Shown: positions 39,511 to 49,496 of the stretch, piece by piece
Layout of the letters: every line of letters starts with the position of its first letter
Numbering within the stretch: position 1 is the stretch's first letter
Source of the DNA: Planctomycetota bacterium
Lineage (GTDB): Bacteria > Planctomycetota > Planctomycetia > Pirellulales > UBA1268
Direction of reading: 5' to 3'
Assembly (NCBI GenBank): GCA_029978905.1
Contig: JAPOIM010000001.1
Coordinates: 21,564-85,563 of the forward strand
DNA: 64,000 nt
Translations under genes and position numbers: made by a program
Notes under the pieces: model-generated
Told to the model about the DNA's origin: nothing
The model's database searches: none
Seen by the model: only the letters and a program-made list of their open reading frames with translations

Positions 39511-41775
39511 ATGAGTCAGCATACGCCGCAGCGAGGACTCTTCGAGAGCGGCCCCGCCTGGGAAGAGGACGACCGGCACGCCGGCTTAGTGGCGAGCGTC
39601 GTGCTCGCCGGCCCGCTCGATCGACCACTTGATTACCTGGTGCCCGAGAAACTCGCTGGCAGCGTTGAACCTGGCAGGAGGGTGCGCGTGCCGCTTGGCA
39701 GGAGCAACCGTCCGACCGTTGGCTACTGCGTGGCGGTCAGCACCCGCGACATCCCGGGCTCAGGGCTCAAAGCGGTGCTCGACGTTGAGGACGAACGTCC
39801 TCTCCTCTCGGCCACCATGCTCGAACTCACCGCCTGGATGAGCGAGCGATGGATGTGCCGCCACGGCGAAGTGCTCGAGGCGGTTCTCCCGGCAGGCGTC
39901 CGCGAGGCAGCAGGCAGCCGTCAGCAGCCGCACTTCGTGCTGGCTCCACGCGCCACGACGCCCCAACCGCGTCTCACGCCTGCCCAGCAGCGGGTGATCG
40001 CAGCTGCCACGGCCCCTCTCACGGCCAGCGAGCTGGCGGACCGCTCCGGAGCCAGCCGTGCGGTGATCACGCGGATGGTCAAACGCGGCCTGCTGATCGA
40101 AGCGGCCGCTCCGGCGGTGGAAAAGCAGGCTCTCCCGGCGGACGAGCGGCCGCAGCTCTCTCCCGACCAGGCGGCTGCACTCACGCCGATCTGTGATGCG
40201 ATGCGTGAAGGTCGCCACGAGACCGTGGTGCTCTTTGGCGTGACTGGAAGCGGAAAAACTGAGGTCTATCTCCAGGCCGTTGAAGAGACGCTCCGCTACG
40301 GCAAGCAAGCAATCGTGCTGGTGCCCGAAATCAGCCTCACCCCGCAGACCTGCAGCCGTTTTCGGCGACGCTTTGGGACCGTGGCAGTCTTGCACAGTCA
40401 TCTCACTCCCGCAGAACGGCACCGTGAGTGGCGAAAGATCGCAGCCGGAGACGTGGGAGTCGTGGTCGGCGCGCGGAGCGCCGTCTTTGCCCCCACGCCT
40501 CGCCTCGGCCTGCTGGTGATCGACGAGGAACACGAAAGCAGTTTCAAACAGAGCACCGCCCCGCGCTACCACGCCCGCGATGTGGCGGAGTGGCGCTGCC
40601 GAAGGGAATCGATCCCCCTCGTGCTCGGCTCGGCGACGCCGGCCCTGGAAACCTTTCAGAAGTGCCTCACGAGTGAGTGGCGAATGGCGTCGCTGCCCAA
40701 CCGCGTCGGAGGCACCCATCTCCCTGGCGTGCTGACGGTCGATCTCCGCGATGGGCCTCCGCGACGAGCCGGCGGCCTGACTCCACGGCTGGAGGCCGGC
40801 ATCCGATGGGCGCTCAACGCCGGCGGGCAGGTGATCCTCCTGCTCAACCGTCGTGGTTTCGCCACGCACGTGCAGTGCCACGCCTGTGGCCACACCGTCA
40901 TCTGCCCCCAGTGCGACCTTTCGCTGACCCTGCATCAGCCAGGCAGTCGCGGGATCTGCCATGGCTGCGGACGCGTGATCCGCATTCGGCCACGTTGCAG
41001 CGAGTGCGGTGAGCCGGGCCTCTCAATGCGAGGCAGCGGCACCCAGCGGCTCGAAGACCGGGTCGCCCGCTCCTTCCCTGACGCGCGCGTTGCCCGCATG
41101 GACGCCGACACGATGCGTCGGCGGGGCAGCCATGAGGCGACGCTTGACGCCTTCCGAAATGGCGAGATCGACATCTTGGTAGGCACGCAGATGATCGCGA
41201 AGGGGCTCGACTTCCCCTCCGTGATGCTCGTCGGTGTTGTCTACGCCGACGCAGCCCTGCACCTGCCCGACTTCCGTGCGGGGGAACGCACCTGCCAGCT
41301 GATCACGCAGGTTGCAGGACGGAGTGGCCGCGGACCGAAAGGGGGCCGTGTGGTGGTGCAGACAGCCACCCCCGAGCACCCCGCGATTCGCGCCGCTGCG
41401 GTCCACGATTACGAAGCGTTTGTACGCCACGAATTGCCCATCCGCGAAGCCCTCGGTTACCCGCCGTTTGGCCAGGTCATTCGCTTCGTCATCCGCTCGC
41501 GGAGCGAAACGGCAGCCCGCGAGTGGGCCGAACATCTCGCAGGAAGGCTGCGGCGACAGATCGAGATGGCAAGCGACGCCGGCAATCGCATCCGCGTGCT
41601 TGGCCCAGCGCCCGCACCGATCGAGCGTCTCCGCGACGCCTGGCGGTGGCACCTGCAAATCCAGGGACCTGATGGGGGCATCCTGCGGAACCTCGTGAGA
41701 CGGGCAACGGAAGGCCTTCGCGTGCCTGATTCGGTCGCCTGGATCGTGGATGTCGATCCCGTGGAAATGCTCTGA
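39511..41775 (+). CDS. priA: Primosomal protein N' (replication-restart helicase PriA)
   Basis: ATG verified at 39511. Walker A GVTGSGKTEVY, VIDEEHE and the Cys-rich zinc module CHACGHTVICPQCD...CHGCG...CSECG. Confidence 0.92.
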   Translation: MSQHTPQRGLFESGPAWEEDDRHAGLVASVVLAGPLDRPLDYLVPEKLAGSVEPGRRVRVPLGRSNRPTVGYCVAVSTRDIPGSGLKAVLDVEDERPLLSATMLELTAWMSERWMCRHGEVLEAVLPAGVREAAGSRQQPHFVLAPRATTPQPRLTPAQQRVIAAATAPLTASELADRSGASRAVITRMVKRGLLIEAAAPAVEKQALPADERPQLSPDQAAALTPICDAMREGRHETVVLFGVTGSGKTEVYLQAVEETLRYGKQAIVLVPEISLTPQTCSRFRRRFGTVAVLHSHLTPAERHREWRKIAAGDVGVVVGARSAVFAPTPRLGLLVIDEEHESSFKQSTAPRYHARDVAEWRCRRESIPLVLGSATPALETFQKCLTSEWRMASLPNRVGGTHLPGVLTVDLRDGPPRRAGGLTPRLEAGIRWALNAGGQVILLLNRRGFATHVQCHACGHTVICPQCDLSLTLHQPGSRGICHGCGRVIRIRPRCSECGEPGLSMRGSGTQRLEDRVARSFPDARVARMDADTMRRRGSHEATLDAFRNGEIDILVGTQMIAKGLDFPSVMLVGVVYADAALHLPDFRAGERTCQLITQVAGRSGRGPKGGRVVVQTATPEHPAIRAAAVHDYEAFVRHELPIREALGYPPFGQVIRFVIRSRSETAAREWAEHLAGRLRRQIEMASDAGNRIRVLGPAPAPIERLRDAWRWHLQIQGPDGGILRNLVRRATEGLRVPDSVAWIVDVDPVEML

Positions 41776-41832
41776 CGAATCGCAGGCTTTCACCTTCCTG
41801 CCGGCCGAAGGACAGCGGTACGATACAGGTCT

Positions 41833-43626
41833 ATGTCGTACCGCTCATTGAAGGACATCCTTGGCGAAACCAGCCTCGAGAGGAAGTGCCGCTTCCTCTT
41901 CGGTCTCTGCCTCCTGCTGTTGATTACGGGCAGTTTCTGGTGGTATGGCAGCCGGACCGAAGATCTCGTGTACACGAGCACCCGCACCACGGGGCGGCAT
42001 CTCGTCGACGCGGTGATGCTGCATCACCATTGGAAGACGCTCGAAGCCGACAAGAAATACACGACGCTCATCGAGACGCTCGGCCAGCAGTTGCAGAGCC
42101 AGCCCTACACCTGGAAGATCCTTCGCCCCGATGCCCCCAGCGAAGAGTTGGCGGCCTACACGTCGCTTGACACCGCCGTCCTCGACTATTTTGCTGATCC
42201 GGAAGCGAGCGAAACCACGCTCCCACCGCCGCCGACCGAGTCGCCCGTGCTTCCGGCAGATCGAGGGGAGTATCGAGAGTTCCGCACGCCAGACAACGCC
42301 GAGTATCACTACTACCAGCCGATTCGGGCTCGGACGAGCTGTCTCATCTGCCACGAGCACCGCGGCCCCACAACCGCGGAAGGGCCAGTGGGCCCACGGC
42401 TCTCCGAGAACGAACTGATGGCGGTGGTGAAAGTCGTGATCCCCGACTCCGCCACGCAAAACGCCATCAACGTCAACCGAGCCATTTTGCTGACGACCGC
42501 AATCGTCACGGTGTTCTTGGCGATGCTCGCCGCCTACGTGATCGTTCGCTACGTCATCGTGAAACCCCTCAAGCACCTTCGCGAAGTCAGCGACGAAGTC
42601 CGTAAAGGCAACGTGGGCGCGAGGGCGGAAATCCACACCGGCGACGAGTTCGAGGACCTCGGCACCGCCTTCAATCGGATGCTCCGAGGGCTCGTCGATT
42701 CTCAGGATGAACTGCGCAAGGTCAATCACAACCTCGACAGCAAGGTCGACCAACTGGCTCAAGCCAATATGCATCTCTATGAGATGAACAGACTCAAGAG
42801 CGACTTCCTCGCCACCATGAGCCACGAACTGCGGACGCCCCTCAACAGCATCATCGGCTTTTCCGATGTGCTCGGAGGGATCCCGGCCCTCGAAGACAAG
42901 CAGAAGCGGTACGTGCAGAACATCCGCTCGTCCGGAAGGATGCTGCTGGACATGATCAACGACATCCTCGACCTGGCAAAGATTGAAGCCGGCAAGATGG
43001 CGATCCGCCCAACCGAGTTTCCACTCGCCAGCGTGATCTCCTCGCAGTGCGACATGGTCCGACCTCTGGCCGAACGGCGGAACATCGATGTCGACTTCGT
43101 CGTCGCCGACGACGTTGGCCTGGTGTTTCAGGACCAAGGCAAGGTGCAGCAGATCCTCGGCAACCTCCTCTCGAACGCGGTGAAGTTCACCCCGGAGGGA
43201 GGCAGCATCGAGGTACGGGGCCAACTGGACCGATCACCGGGCGATCGCAGCGGTGGGGTGCTCGTGATCGATGTGTCCGACACCGGCGTCGGCATCGCCG
43301 AGGAAGAGCAGCAGGTCATCTTTGAAAAGTTTCGGCAGAGCCGCCTGTTTCGCAGCGGCGAAGATGCGATGACCCGCGAGTTCTCTGGAACTGGCCTGGG
43401 GCTATCGATTGTCCGTGAACTTTGCCGCCTCCTGGGTGGCGATGTCTCACTGACGAGCGAACTCGGACGGGGAAGCACCTTCACCGTGCGCCTTCCCGCG
43501 CGGCTCTCCGCCCGGCAGGTCACTGAGCCTGGCGCCACCGATTCTCCGCCACGCTTCGGCGAGCATGGCGCGACGGTCGGGAATGCGATACCATCCGAGT
43601 CGTCTGCCGGTGGCGTTGTCGCCTAA
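41833..43626 (+). CDS. Membrane sensor histidine kinase with periplasmic c-type-heme (DUF3365-like) domain, HAMP, HisKA and HATPase_c
   Basis: TM1 at FLFGLCLLLLITGSFWW. CXXCH motif SCLICHEH (codons 42340-42354). TM2 AILLTTAIVTVFLAMLAAYVIV. HAMP region. H-box SHELRTPLNSIIG. G-boxes DTGVGI and GTGLGLS. Confidence 0.85.
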   Translation: MSYRSLKDILGETSLERKCRFLFGLCLLLLITGSFWWYGSRTEDLVYTSTRTTGRHLVDAVMLHHHWKTLEADKKYTTLIETLGQQLQSQPYTWKILRPDAPSEELAAYTSLDTAVLDYFADPEASETTLPPPPTESPVLPADRGEYREFRTPDNAEYHYYQPIRARTSCLICHEHRGPTTAEGPVGPRLSENELMAVVKVVIPDSATQNAINVNRAILLTTAIVTVFLAMLAAYVIVRYVIVKPLKHLREVSDEVRKGNVGARAEIHTGDEFEDLGTAFNRMLRGLVDSQDELRKVNHNLDSKVDQLAQANMHLYEMNRLKSDFLATMSHELRTPLNSIIGFSDVLGGIPALEDKQKRYVQNIRSSGRMLLDMINDILDLAKIEAGKMAIRPTEFPLASVISSQCDMVRPLAERRNIDVDFVVADDVGLVFQDQGKVQQILGNLLSNAVKFTPEGGSIEVRGQLDRSPGDRSGGVLVIDVSDTGVGIAEEEQQVIFEKFRQSRLFRSGEDAMTREFSGTGLGLSIVRELCRLLGGDVSLTSELGRGSTFTVRLPARLSARQVTEPGATDSPPRFGEHGATVGNAIPSESSAGGVVA

Positions 43627-43666
43627 AGACCCGCCATCCCCACACCTGGACCTTTCTCGATCACCC

Positions 43667-44173
43667 ATGTCTGACACCAAGGCTGCCCCAACAGAAGTCG
43701 TGCTCTTCACTGACGGAGGCTGCAGCGGAAACCCCGGCCCCGGAGGCTGGGCTTTCATCCTTCGTCACCCAGCCAGCGGCAGTGAAAGCAGCGACAGCGG
43801 AGCCGAGCGTGAGACCACGAACAACCGCATGGAACTGACTGCCGTCGTCCGCGGCCTCGCGCGTCTCACCCGCCGCACACGGGTCGAACTCGTCACCGAC
43901 AGCGTCTACGTGGGCACAGGCCTCTCCCAGTGGCTGCCCAAGTGGAAGGAGCAGGGCTGGCGTCGAAAGGAGCGGGGGCGTTTCGTGCCGATCAAAAACG
44001 AGGATTTGTGGCGAGAGCTCGACCGGCTTTCCTCGCTGCACGACGTCCGTTTCTCGCATGTGGCAGGCCACTCGGGACACCCGGAGAACGAGGCCTGCGA
44101 TCGCATGGCGGTGCAGGCCTATCGCGACCTGGTGAGTGAAGAGGGCAGGGGATCGCGTGCCGGCCGAGGCTGA
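43667..44173 (+). CDS. rnhA: Ribonuclease HI
   Basis: ATG verified at 43667. FTDGGCSGNPGPGGWA, TNNRMEL, VTDSVYV and GHSGHPENEACD. Confidence 0.9.
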   Translation: MSDTKAAPTEVVLFTDGGCSGNPGPGGWAFILRHPASGSESSDSGAERETTNNRMELTAVVRGLARLTRRTRVELVTDSVYVGTGLSQWLPKWKEQGWRRKERGRFVPIKNEDLWRELDRLSSLHDVRFSHVAGHSGHPENEACDRMAVQAYRDLVSEEGRGSRAGRG

Positions 44174-44206
44174 CGCTGTCGCCAGGACGCGGAGAGGGAG
44201 TCGCCC

Positions 44207-46390
44207 ATGCCTGCCCAGGACCCACCAGCTGACAGCCCCACCGATGCGTCGCCTCACCGCGAGCCAGGCAACGCCGGCCTGCCCGCGCCGCCCGGTCCCT
44301 CTTCCCCTGGGCTTCGTGCAAAACTCGAGTGGCTCCCAGGTGTGGGAAGTCGTCGCGCGGAGCGACTGGCGAAGCTCGGGTTGGTGGAGGTCCGCCAGGC
44401 GCTCGTGCACTTCCCTCGCGACTACAAGGATTTCACCGGCAGCCACTCCTTAGACGCGATCGTGGCAGGCGAGCATGCGGCCGTGGCAGGTGAGGTGATC
44501 GACGTCGGATCGCGAACGACGATCACCGGCAAGACGATGGTGACGCTCCTGCTGGCCACCCCAGCAGGCCCACTCCGCGGCATCTGGTTTGGGATGCCTT
44601 TCCTGGCCAAGCGGTTTCGCGTGGGCAGCCGGGTCGTGCTGGCGGGGGTGCCGCGTCAGGCTGCGGGCTCCTGGGAGATGGCGCACCCGGAGGTACGGTA
44701 TCTCGACGCCGACGAGGCCAGTGAGTCGTCGCCATGGCTGGCCGTCTATCCACTGACCGACGGTGTTCGGCAGTCCGATGTGCGGATGGGCGTGCAGGCG
44801 GCATTGGCTGCCGCCGAAGGCCAACTCCAAGAGACGTTCCGCCCTGACGAACTCGACGCTCGCGGCCTGCTCCCGATCCACGAAGCCTTTCGCGCCGTGC
44901 ACCTGCCAGCAAGCCGCGAGGAAATCGATGCCGGCCGGCGTCGGTTTATCTACCAGGAGCTTTACATGCTCCAGCTGGCCCTGCGGCTCCACCGCCGGCA
45001 GGCTGAGGTGGCGCACCAGGCCCCGGTCATCGCTCCAGCCGCCGACGTTCGCAGCCGCATCGAGGGCGTGTTTCCTTTCCCTCTGACCGAGGCTCAGCGA
45101 CGGGTTGCGGGGGAGATCCTCACCGACATGACCCACCCCACGCCGATGCAGCGATTGCTCCAGGGAGACGTCGGCAGCGGGAAGACCGCTGTCGCAGTGG
45201 TAGCCCTCCTGGCTGCGGCCCTGACCGGCCACCAGGGGGTGATCATGGCCCCCACCGAGCTACTTGCCCGGCAGCATCTCACTACCCTGGAACGGATTCT
45301 CGGTGGACGGCAGCTGATGGATGCCGCGGGCGAACCGCTCTCCCCTTCGGTTGAGCTGCTGATCGGCGGTCAGACCAAAGCCGTTCGCGAAGCCACCCTT
45401 GCACGGATCGCTCAAGGAACGTCGCGGCTGATCGTGGGCACGCAGGCACTCGTCGCGTCGCCACCCCAGTTTCATCGCCTCGGGCTTGTCGTGATCGATG
45501 AGCAGCACCGGTTTGGGGTGGTGCAGCGGGCGCGTCTTCAGCAGGACGGCTGCCAGCCGCACACGCTGGTGATGACGGCGACACCGATCCCCCGCACCGT
45601 GGCGCACGCCCTCTACGGCGACCTCGACCTTTCCACGATCGATGAACAACCTCCCGGCCGCCAGCCGGTGCAGACCTACCGCGTCGGGGCCCAACAGCTG
45701 GAACGGTGGTGGGGTTTCTACTGCAAAAAGTTGCGGGAAGGCCGCCGCGGGTATGTCGTCGTCCCCGCCGTGGAAGAGTCGGAGTCGGGCCTCGCCAGCA
45801 TCGATTCCGCCCTCGAGGAACTCGCCAACGGCCCGCTCGAGGCTTTTCGCCTTGGCCTCGTGCATGGCCGACTCGCCGCGGATGTGAAGCACGCCATCAT
45901 GGAAGACTTTCGTCGAGGTCGTATCGACGTGATCGTCGCCACGAGCGTGGTCGAAGTGGGCATCGATGTGCCAGAGGCCACAATCATGACGATCCTCGAT
46001 GCCGACCGCTTCGGACTCGCCCAGCTGCACCAGCTTCGCGGCCGTGTCGCGCGAGGCGCCACACGCGGCATCTGCGGTGCGGTCACGCAGGCCTCCGCCG
46101 ACCATCCACGTCTTCAGGCCTTCGTCGACACCACCGACGGCTTTCGGCTCGCAGAGATTGACCTCATTCAACGAGGACCTGGCGAACTTGTGGGCACGAA
46201 GCAATCAGGAGTGCCGCCGCTGTGCGTCGCCGACATTCTTCGAGACGCGCATGTCGCCACAGAAGCCCGCGAACACGCAATCGCCACGCTGGCTGCAAAC
46301 CCGTTTCTCGAAGGAGACGACCTATCGCGTTTGCGAAAACTCGTCGTCAGGCGTTGGGGCGACTCACTCGACCTCGGCGGCATCGGCTAG
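44207..46390 (+). CDS. recG: ATP-dependent DNA helicase RecG
   Basis: ATG preceded by ggagagggag. Wedge-domain N-terminus. GDVGSGKTAVA, VIDEQHRFGV, and QLHQLRGRVARG near the C-terminus. Confidence 0.92.
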   Translation: MPAQDPPADSPTDASPHREPGNAGLPAPPGPSSPGLRAKLEWLPGVGSRRAERLAKLGLVEVRQALVHFPRDYKDFTGSHSLDAIVAGEHAAVAGEVIDVGSRTTITGKTMVTLLLATPAGPLRGIWFGMPFLAKRFRVGSRVVLAGVPRQAAGSWEMAHPEVRYLDADEASESSPWLAVYPLTDGVRQSDVRMGVQAALAAAEGQLQETFRPDELDARGLLPIHEAFRAVHLPASREEIDAGRRRFIYQELYMLQLALRLHRRQAEVAHQAPVIAPAADVRSRIEGVFPFPLTEAQRRVAGEILTDMTHPTPMQRLLQGDVGSGKTAVAVVALLAAALTGHQGVIMAPTELLARQHLTTLERILGGRQLMDAAGEPLSPSVELLIGGQTKAVREATLARIAQGTSRLIVGTQALVASPPQFHRLGLVVIDEQHRFGVVQRARLQQDGCQPHTLVMTATPIPRTVAHALYGDLDLSTIDEQPPGRQPVQTYRVGAQQLERWWGFYCKKLREGRRGYVVVPAVEESESGLASIDSALEELANGPLEAFRLGLVHGRLAADVKHAIMEDFRRGRIDVIVATSVVEVGIDVPEATIMTILDADRFGLAQLHQLRGRVARGATRGICGAVTQASADHPRLQAFVDTTDGFRLAEIDLIQRGPGELVGTKQSGVPPLCVADILRDAHVATEAREHAIATLAANPFLEGDDLSRLRKLVVRRWGDSLDLGGIG

Positions 46391-47523
46391 TTCGCAGCGA
46401 CGATCCGCTCACCAGCCCTCCAGGCGTCTCCTTCTCGTTCGACACGGTGGTAGAGCGTGTCTCGTTCGACAGGCTCCCGACCGGCTTCGCGGATGAGCCG
46501 TTTGATGTGTTCCACCGAGAGCACTTCTGGCGTCGTTGCCCCGGCGTCGTGATAGATCAGTTCGTGGCGCACCGTGCCATCGAGGTCATCGGCGCCGTAG
46601 GCGAGTGACGCCTGGGCCGTCCCAAGGCCGAGCATGATCCAGTACGCCTTGATGTGATCAAAGTTGTCGAGCACGAGCCGCGAGATCGCCATTGTGCGGA
46701 GGCTCATCATCGCTGTCGGCTTGCCGATCTCCGCGAGCTGCGTGTTGTCTGGATGAAAAGCGAGCGGGATGAACGTTTGAAATCCGCCCGTCTCGTCCTG
46801 CAACTCACGGAGCCGGAGCAGGTGGTCGGTCCGGTGGTAGGCATTCTCAATGTGGCCGTAGAGCATCGTCGCATTGCTCCGCAGCCCAAGTTCGTGTGCC
46901 GTGCGATGGATGCGAAACCACTCTTCGGTGTCTGCTTTGTGTTCGCAGATCTTGTCACGAACCTCCGGGTGGAAGATCTCCGCCCCGCCGCCCGGCAGGC
47001 TACCCAGCCCCACAGACTTCAACTCTTCGAGAATGTCGCGGATCGAACGCTTTGTCAGATGACAAAACCAGTTGATCTCGACCGGCGTCCATGCCTTGAG
47101 GTGCAACGTTGGGTAGTGCTGGTGGAGCAGGGCGATGATGTCGCGGTACCACTCGTACTGCTTTTGGTGATGCAGGCCACCGACGATATGCATCTCGGTG
47201 CTTCCGCTCGCAACCGCCTCACGACCGCGCTCGAGAATCTGCTCGTCGCTCATCAGGTAGCCCCGCTCATCGCGGAGGTCTGCCCGGAACGCGCAGAAGG
47301 TGCATCGATAGATGCAGATGTTGGTGGGATTGAGATGGGTGTTGATGTTGTAGTAGCAGCGGTTGCCGTTCTTTCGCTCTCGCACGAGATTGGCGAGCTG
47401 CCCCAACTCATGAAGGTCGATCGCTTCATCCCAAAGGCTTTCGGCCTCTGCGGCATTCAAGCGCTCGCCAGCCTCCACCTTCTCACGAATCGGGCCGAGG
47501 GATCTGGACACACTGCGAATCAT
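46387..47523 (-). CDS. mqnE: Radical-SAM menaquinone (futalosine-route) enzyme, most like aminofutalosine synthase MqnE (MqnC not excluded)
   Basis: NINTHLNPTNICIYRCTFCAF (CX3CX2C). Length and the GGGAEIF pattern fit the MqnE/MqnC family. Neighbours are UbiA-type and UbiE/MenG genes. Confidence 0.75.
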   Translation of the reverse strand: MIRSVSRSLGPIREKVEAGERLNAAEAESLWDEAIDLHELGQLANLVRERKNGNRCYYNINTHLNPTNICIYRCTFCAFRADLRDERGYLMSDEQILERGREAVASGSTEMHIVGGLHHQKQYEWYRDIIALLHQHYPTLHLKAWTPVEINWFCHLTKRSIRDILEELKSVGLGSLPGGGAEIFHPEVRDKICEHKADTEEWFRIHRTAHELGLRSNATMLYGHIENAYHRTDHLLRLRELQDETGGFQTFIPLAFHPDNTQLAEIGKPTAMMSLRTMAISRLVLDNFDHIKAYWIMLGLGTAQASLAYGADDLDGTVRHELIYHDAGATTPEVLSVEHIKRLIREAGREPVERDTLYHRVEREGDAWRAGERIVAAN

Positions 47524-47633
47524 GACTGCACCTTTTCACTTCTGCGGGCCACCTGCCCACTCCGATCATTCACCATCGCCATCATCCCACACGTAACCGC
47601 AGAGCCGAACCGGAGGCAACACAGGCCATTCGC

Positions 47634-48554
47634 TCATGACCAGACGTCTGCTCCCACTGCCACCAACAGCACCGCTCCAATGATGGCGTTGGCTGTGAAA
47701 AACGCCGCATTGACCTTCGACAGGTCATCCGGCCGAACCAACGAGTGCTCCCAGAGGAGCAGCACTGCGATCACGCCGAGACCGATCCAGTAGGTCCCCC
47801 CCAGGGCTGGAATCGTCCATGGGAGCGCCGCGAGCAGGAGCAGCGTGACGCCGTGCATCACGGCAGCCACCCTCAGGGCCCGTGTCACTCCCAGCGTCGC
47901 GGGGATGCTGTGGAGGCCGACCTGGCTGTCGAACGCCGCATCTTGGCAGGCGTAGATCGTGTCAAATCCCGCCACCCAAAGCATCACCGCCAAGCCGAGG
48001 AGAAGTGCCGGTGAGAGGTCAGTCGGATCGGCCAGCACCGCCTCACCCCGGATGGCGATCCAGGCGGCCACCGGCGCCATCCCCAGCGCCGCCCCCAGCC
48101 ACACATGGGCCAGCATCGTGAAGCGTTTGGCGTAACTGTATCCCAGCAGCCAGGCGAGCACCGGCAGCGCGAGCACGACCGGCAACCAGTTCGGCAGAAA
48201 GAGGAGCGTTCCCGCCACGAACACCAGCGAGGAGACGGCGACCAAGGCCACCACCTGCCCCACGCTCAGCTCTCCAGAAGGAAGATGGCGAGTGGCCGTC
48301 CGCGGATTGGCCGCATCAATGTCGCGGTCAACAAGCCGATTGAACGCCATCGCCGCCGTTCTCGCCGAAACCATGCACACCACGACTCCCGCCAGCGGCA
48401 GCAGCCATCCGTCGGGCAACGGCCCGCCCCTGGAAGAAGGTTCGGCGCGACTCCAGGCAACGAGCACGGCAATGATCGCAAAGGGCATCGCGAAGACGGT
48501 GTGGCTAAACCGCACCAGCGACAGCATGGACTGCACGGGCGTCGCCATTCTCAT
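47634..48554 (-). CDS. UbiA-family aromatic polyprenyltransferase (menaquinone prenylation step candidate)
   Basis: NRLVDRDIDAANPRT and DTIYACQD Asp-rich motifs. Multiple TM helices. The ATG at 48552-48554 overlaps the upstream methyltransferase stop (ATGA). Confidence 0.85.
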   Translation of the reverse strand: MRMATPVQSMLSLVRFSHTVFAMPFAIIAVLVAWSRAEPSSRGGPLPDGWLLPLAGVVVCMVSARTAAMAFNRLVDRDIDAANPRTATRHLPSGELSVGQVVALVAVSSLVFVAGTLLFLPNWLPVVLALPVLAWLLGYSYAKRFTMLAHVWLGAALGMAPVAAWIAIRGEAVLADPTDLSPALLLGLAVMLWVAGFDTIYACQDAAFDSQVGLHSIPATLGVTRALRVAAVMHGVTLLLLAALPWTIPALGGTYWIGLGVIAVLLLWEHSLVRPDDLSKVNAAFFTANAIIGAVLLVAVGADVWS

Positions 48555-49366
48555 CGCTCCTCGCCACATGCGGCCTGCGAGCCACGGCGATGCGCAATGG
48601 TCAGCGTCGCGATACCAAAGGTGAGCGGATGCATCGCCACCCGCTCGTACCCCGCCGAGCGGACCAAATCCGCCAACCGCTCGCCGGAGGGAAACTCTTC
48701 CACGCTTTCGTTGAGATAGCGGTACGCGTCAGAGCCGTTCGCCGCCAGACCGTTTCCCAACCGCGGCAAGACATGACGGAAGTACCACAGGTAACTCGCC
48801 CGAATCAGCGGGTTGGTCGGCAAGGAAAACTCCAGGATCGCCAATCGGCCGCCCGGACGGGTGACACGAGCCATCTCGGCGAGCCCCGTGGCCGTGTCGG
48901 CAATATTCCGCAACCCGAACGCGACGGTCACGAGGTCGAACGAAGCATCCGGGAAGGGGAGGGACATCGCATCCGCTTCGAACCACTCCACCGGCAAGCC
49001 GCGTCGCCGCGACTTCACCACCGCGTGGTCGAGCATCGGCTGACAGAAATCTGCTCCCACGACCCGAACCGCGGGCCCAGCCTTCTGCGCGTAGGCGATG
49101 GCGAGGTCTCCCGTCCCGGTGCACAGGTCCAGCATCGCCCCGGCCGCCGGAGGGGGGGCGTGCCGCACGGTGAACCGACGCCAGAGCACATCGATCCCGC
49201 CGGAGAGCGTGCGGTTGGCAAGATCGTATCGTGGCGCGATCTCCGCAAACATGCCGCGGACGCGTTCACCACTCTTGTCGACCTTCACGTGGCCGTTCGT
49301 CTCCGTGCCGACCTCAGGATCTGCAAGATCGGGTTGTCTCTCCACCGCCATTGATTCGCTGCCCAT
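48551..49366 (-). CDS. ubiE: Demethylmenaquinone/ubiquinone C-methyltransferase
   Basis: VRGMFAEIAPRYDLANRTLSGGIDVLWRR, SAM motif LDLCTGTGDLA and FGLRN. Confidence 0.88.
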   Translation of the reverse strand: MGSESMAVERQPDLADPEVGTETNGHVKVDKSGERVRGMFAEIAPRYDLANRTLSGGIDVLWRRFTVRHAPPPAAGAMLDLCTGTGDLAIAYAQKAGPAVRVVGADFCQPMLDHAVVKSRRRGLPVEWFEADAMSLPFPDASFDLVTVAFGLRNIADTATGLAEMARVTRPGGRLAILEFSLPTNPLIRASYLWYFRHVLPRLGNGLAANGSDAYRYLNESVEEFPSGERLADLVRSAGYERVAMHPLTFGIATLTIAHRRGSQAACGEER

Positions 49367-49496
49367 GGTTCCGTCACGCTATTCCGCTCCGCGGCCGCGG
49401 TCCACACGAGACGTGAACCGGCGGATTATTCGCACTCAACAGAGAGGCAACACGCACGTGACGGTTTCTTGGCATTGCCACACCTGCTTCCATGGT

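Noticed and set aside
39328-39579. ORF-track extensions of priA (from 39328) and nadD (to 39579) through the intergenic region
   Set aside because: Both read through the 30-bp tandem repeat and give periodic peptides. Canonical N-termini begin at 39511 (priA) and 39378 (nadD).
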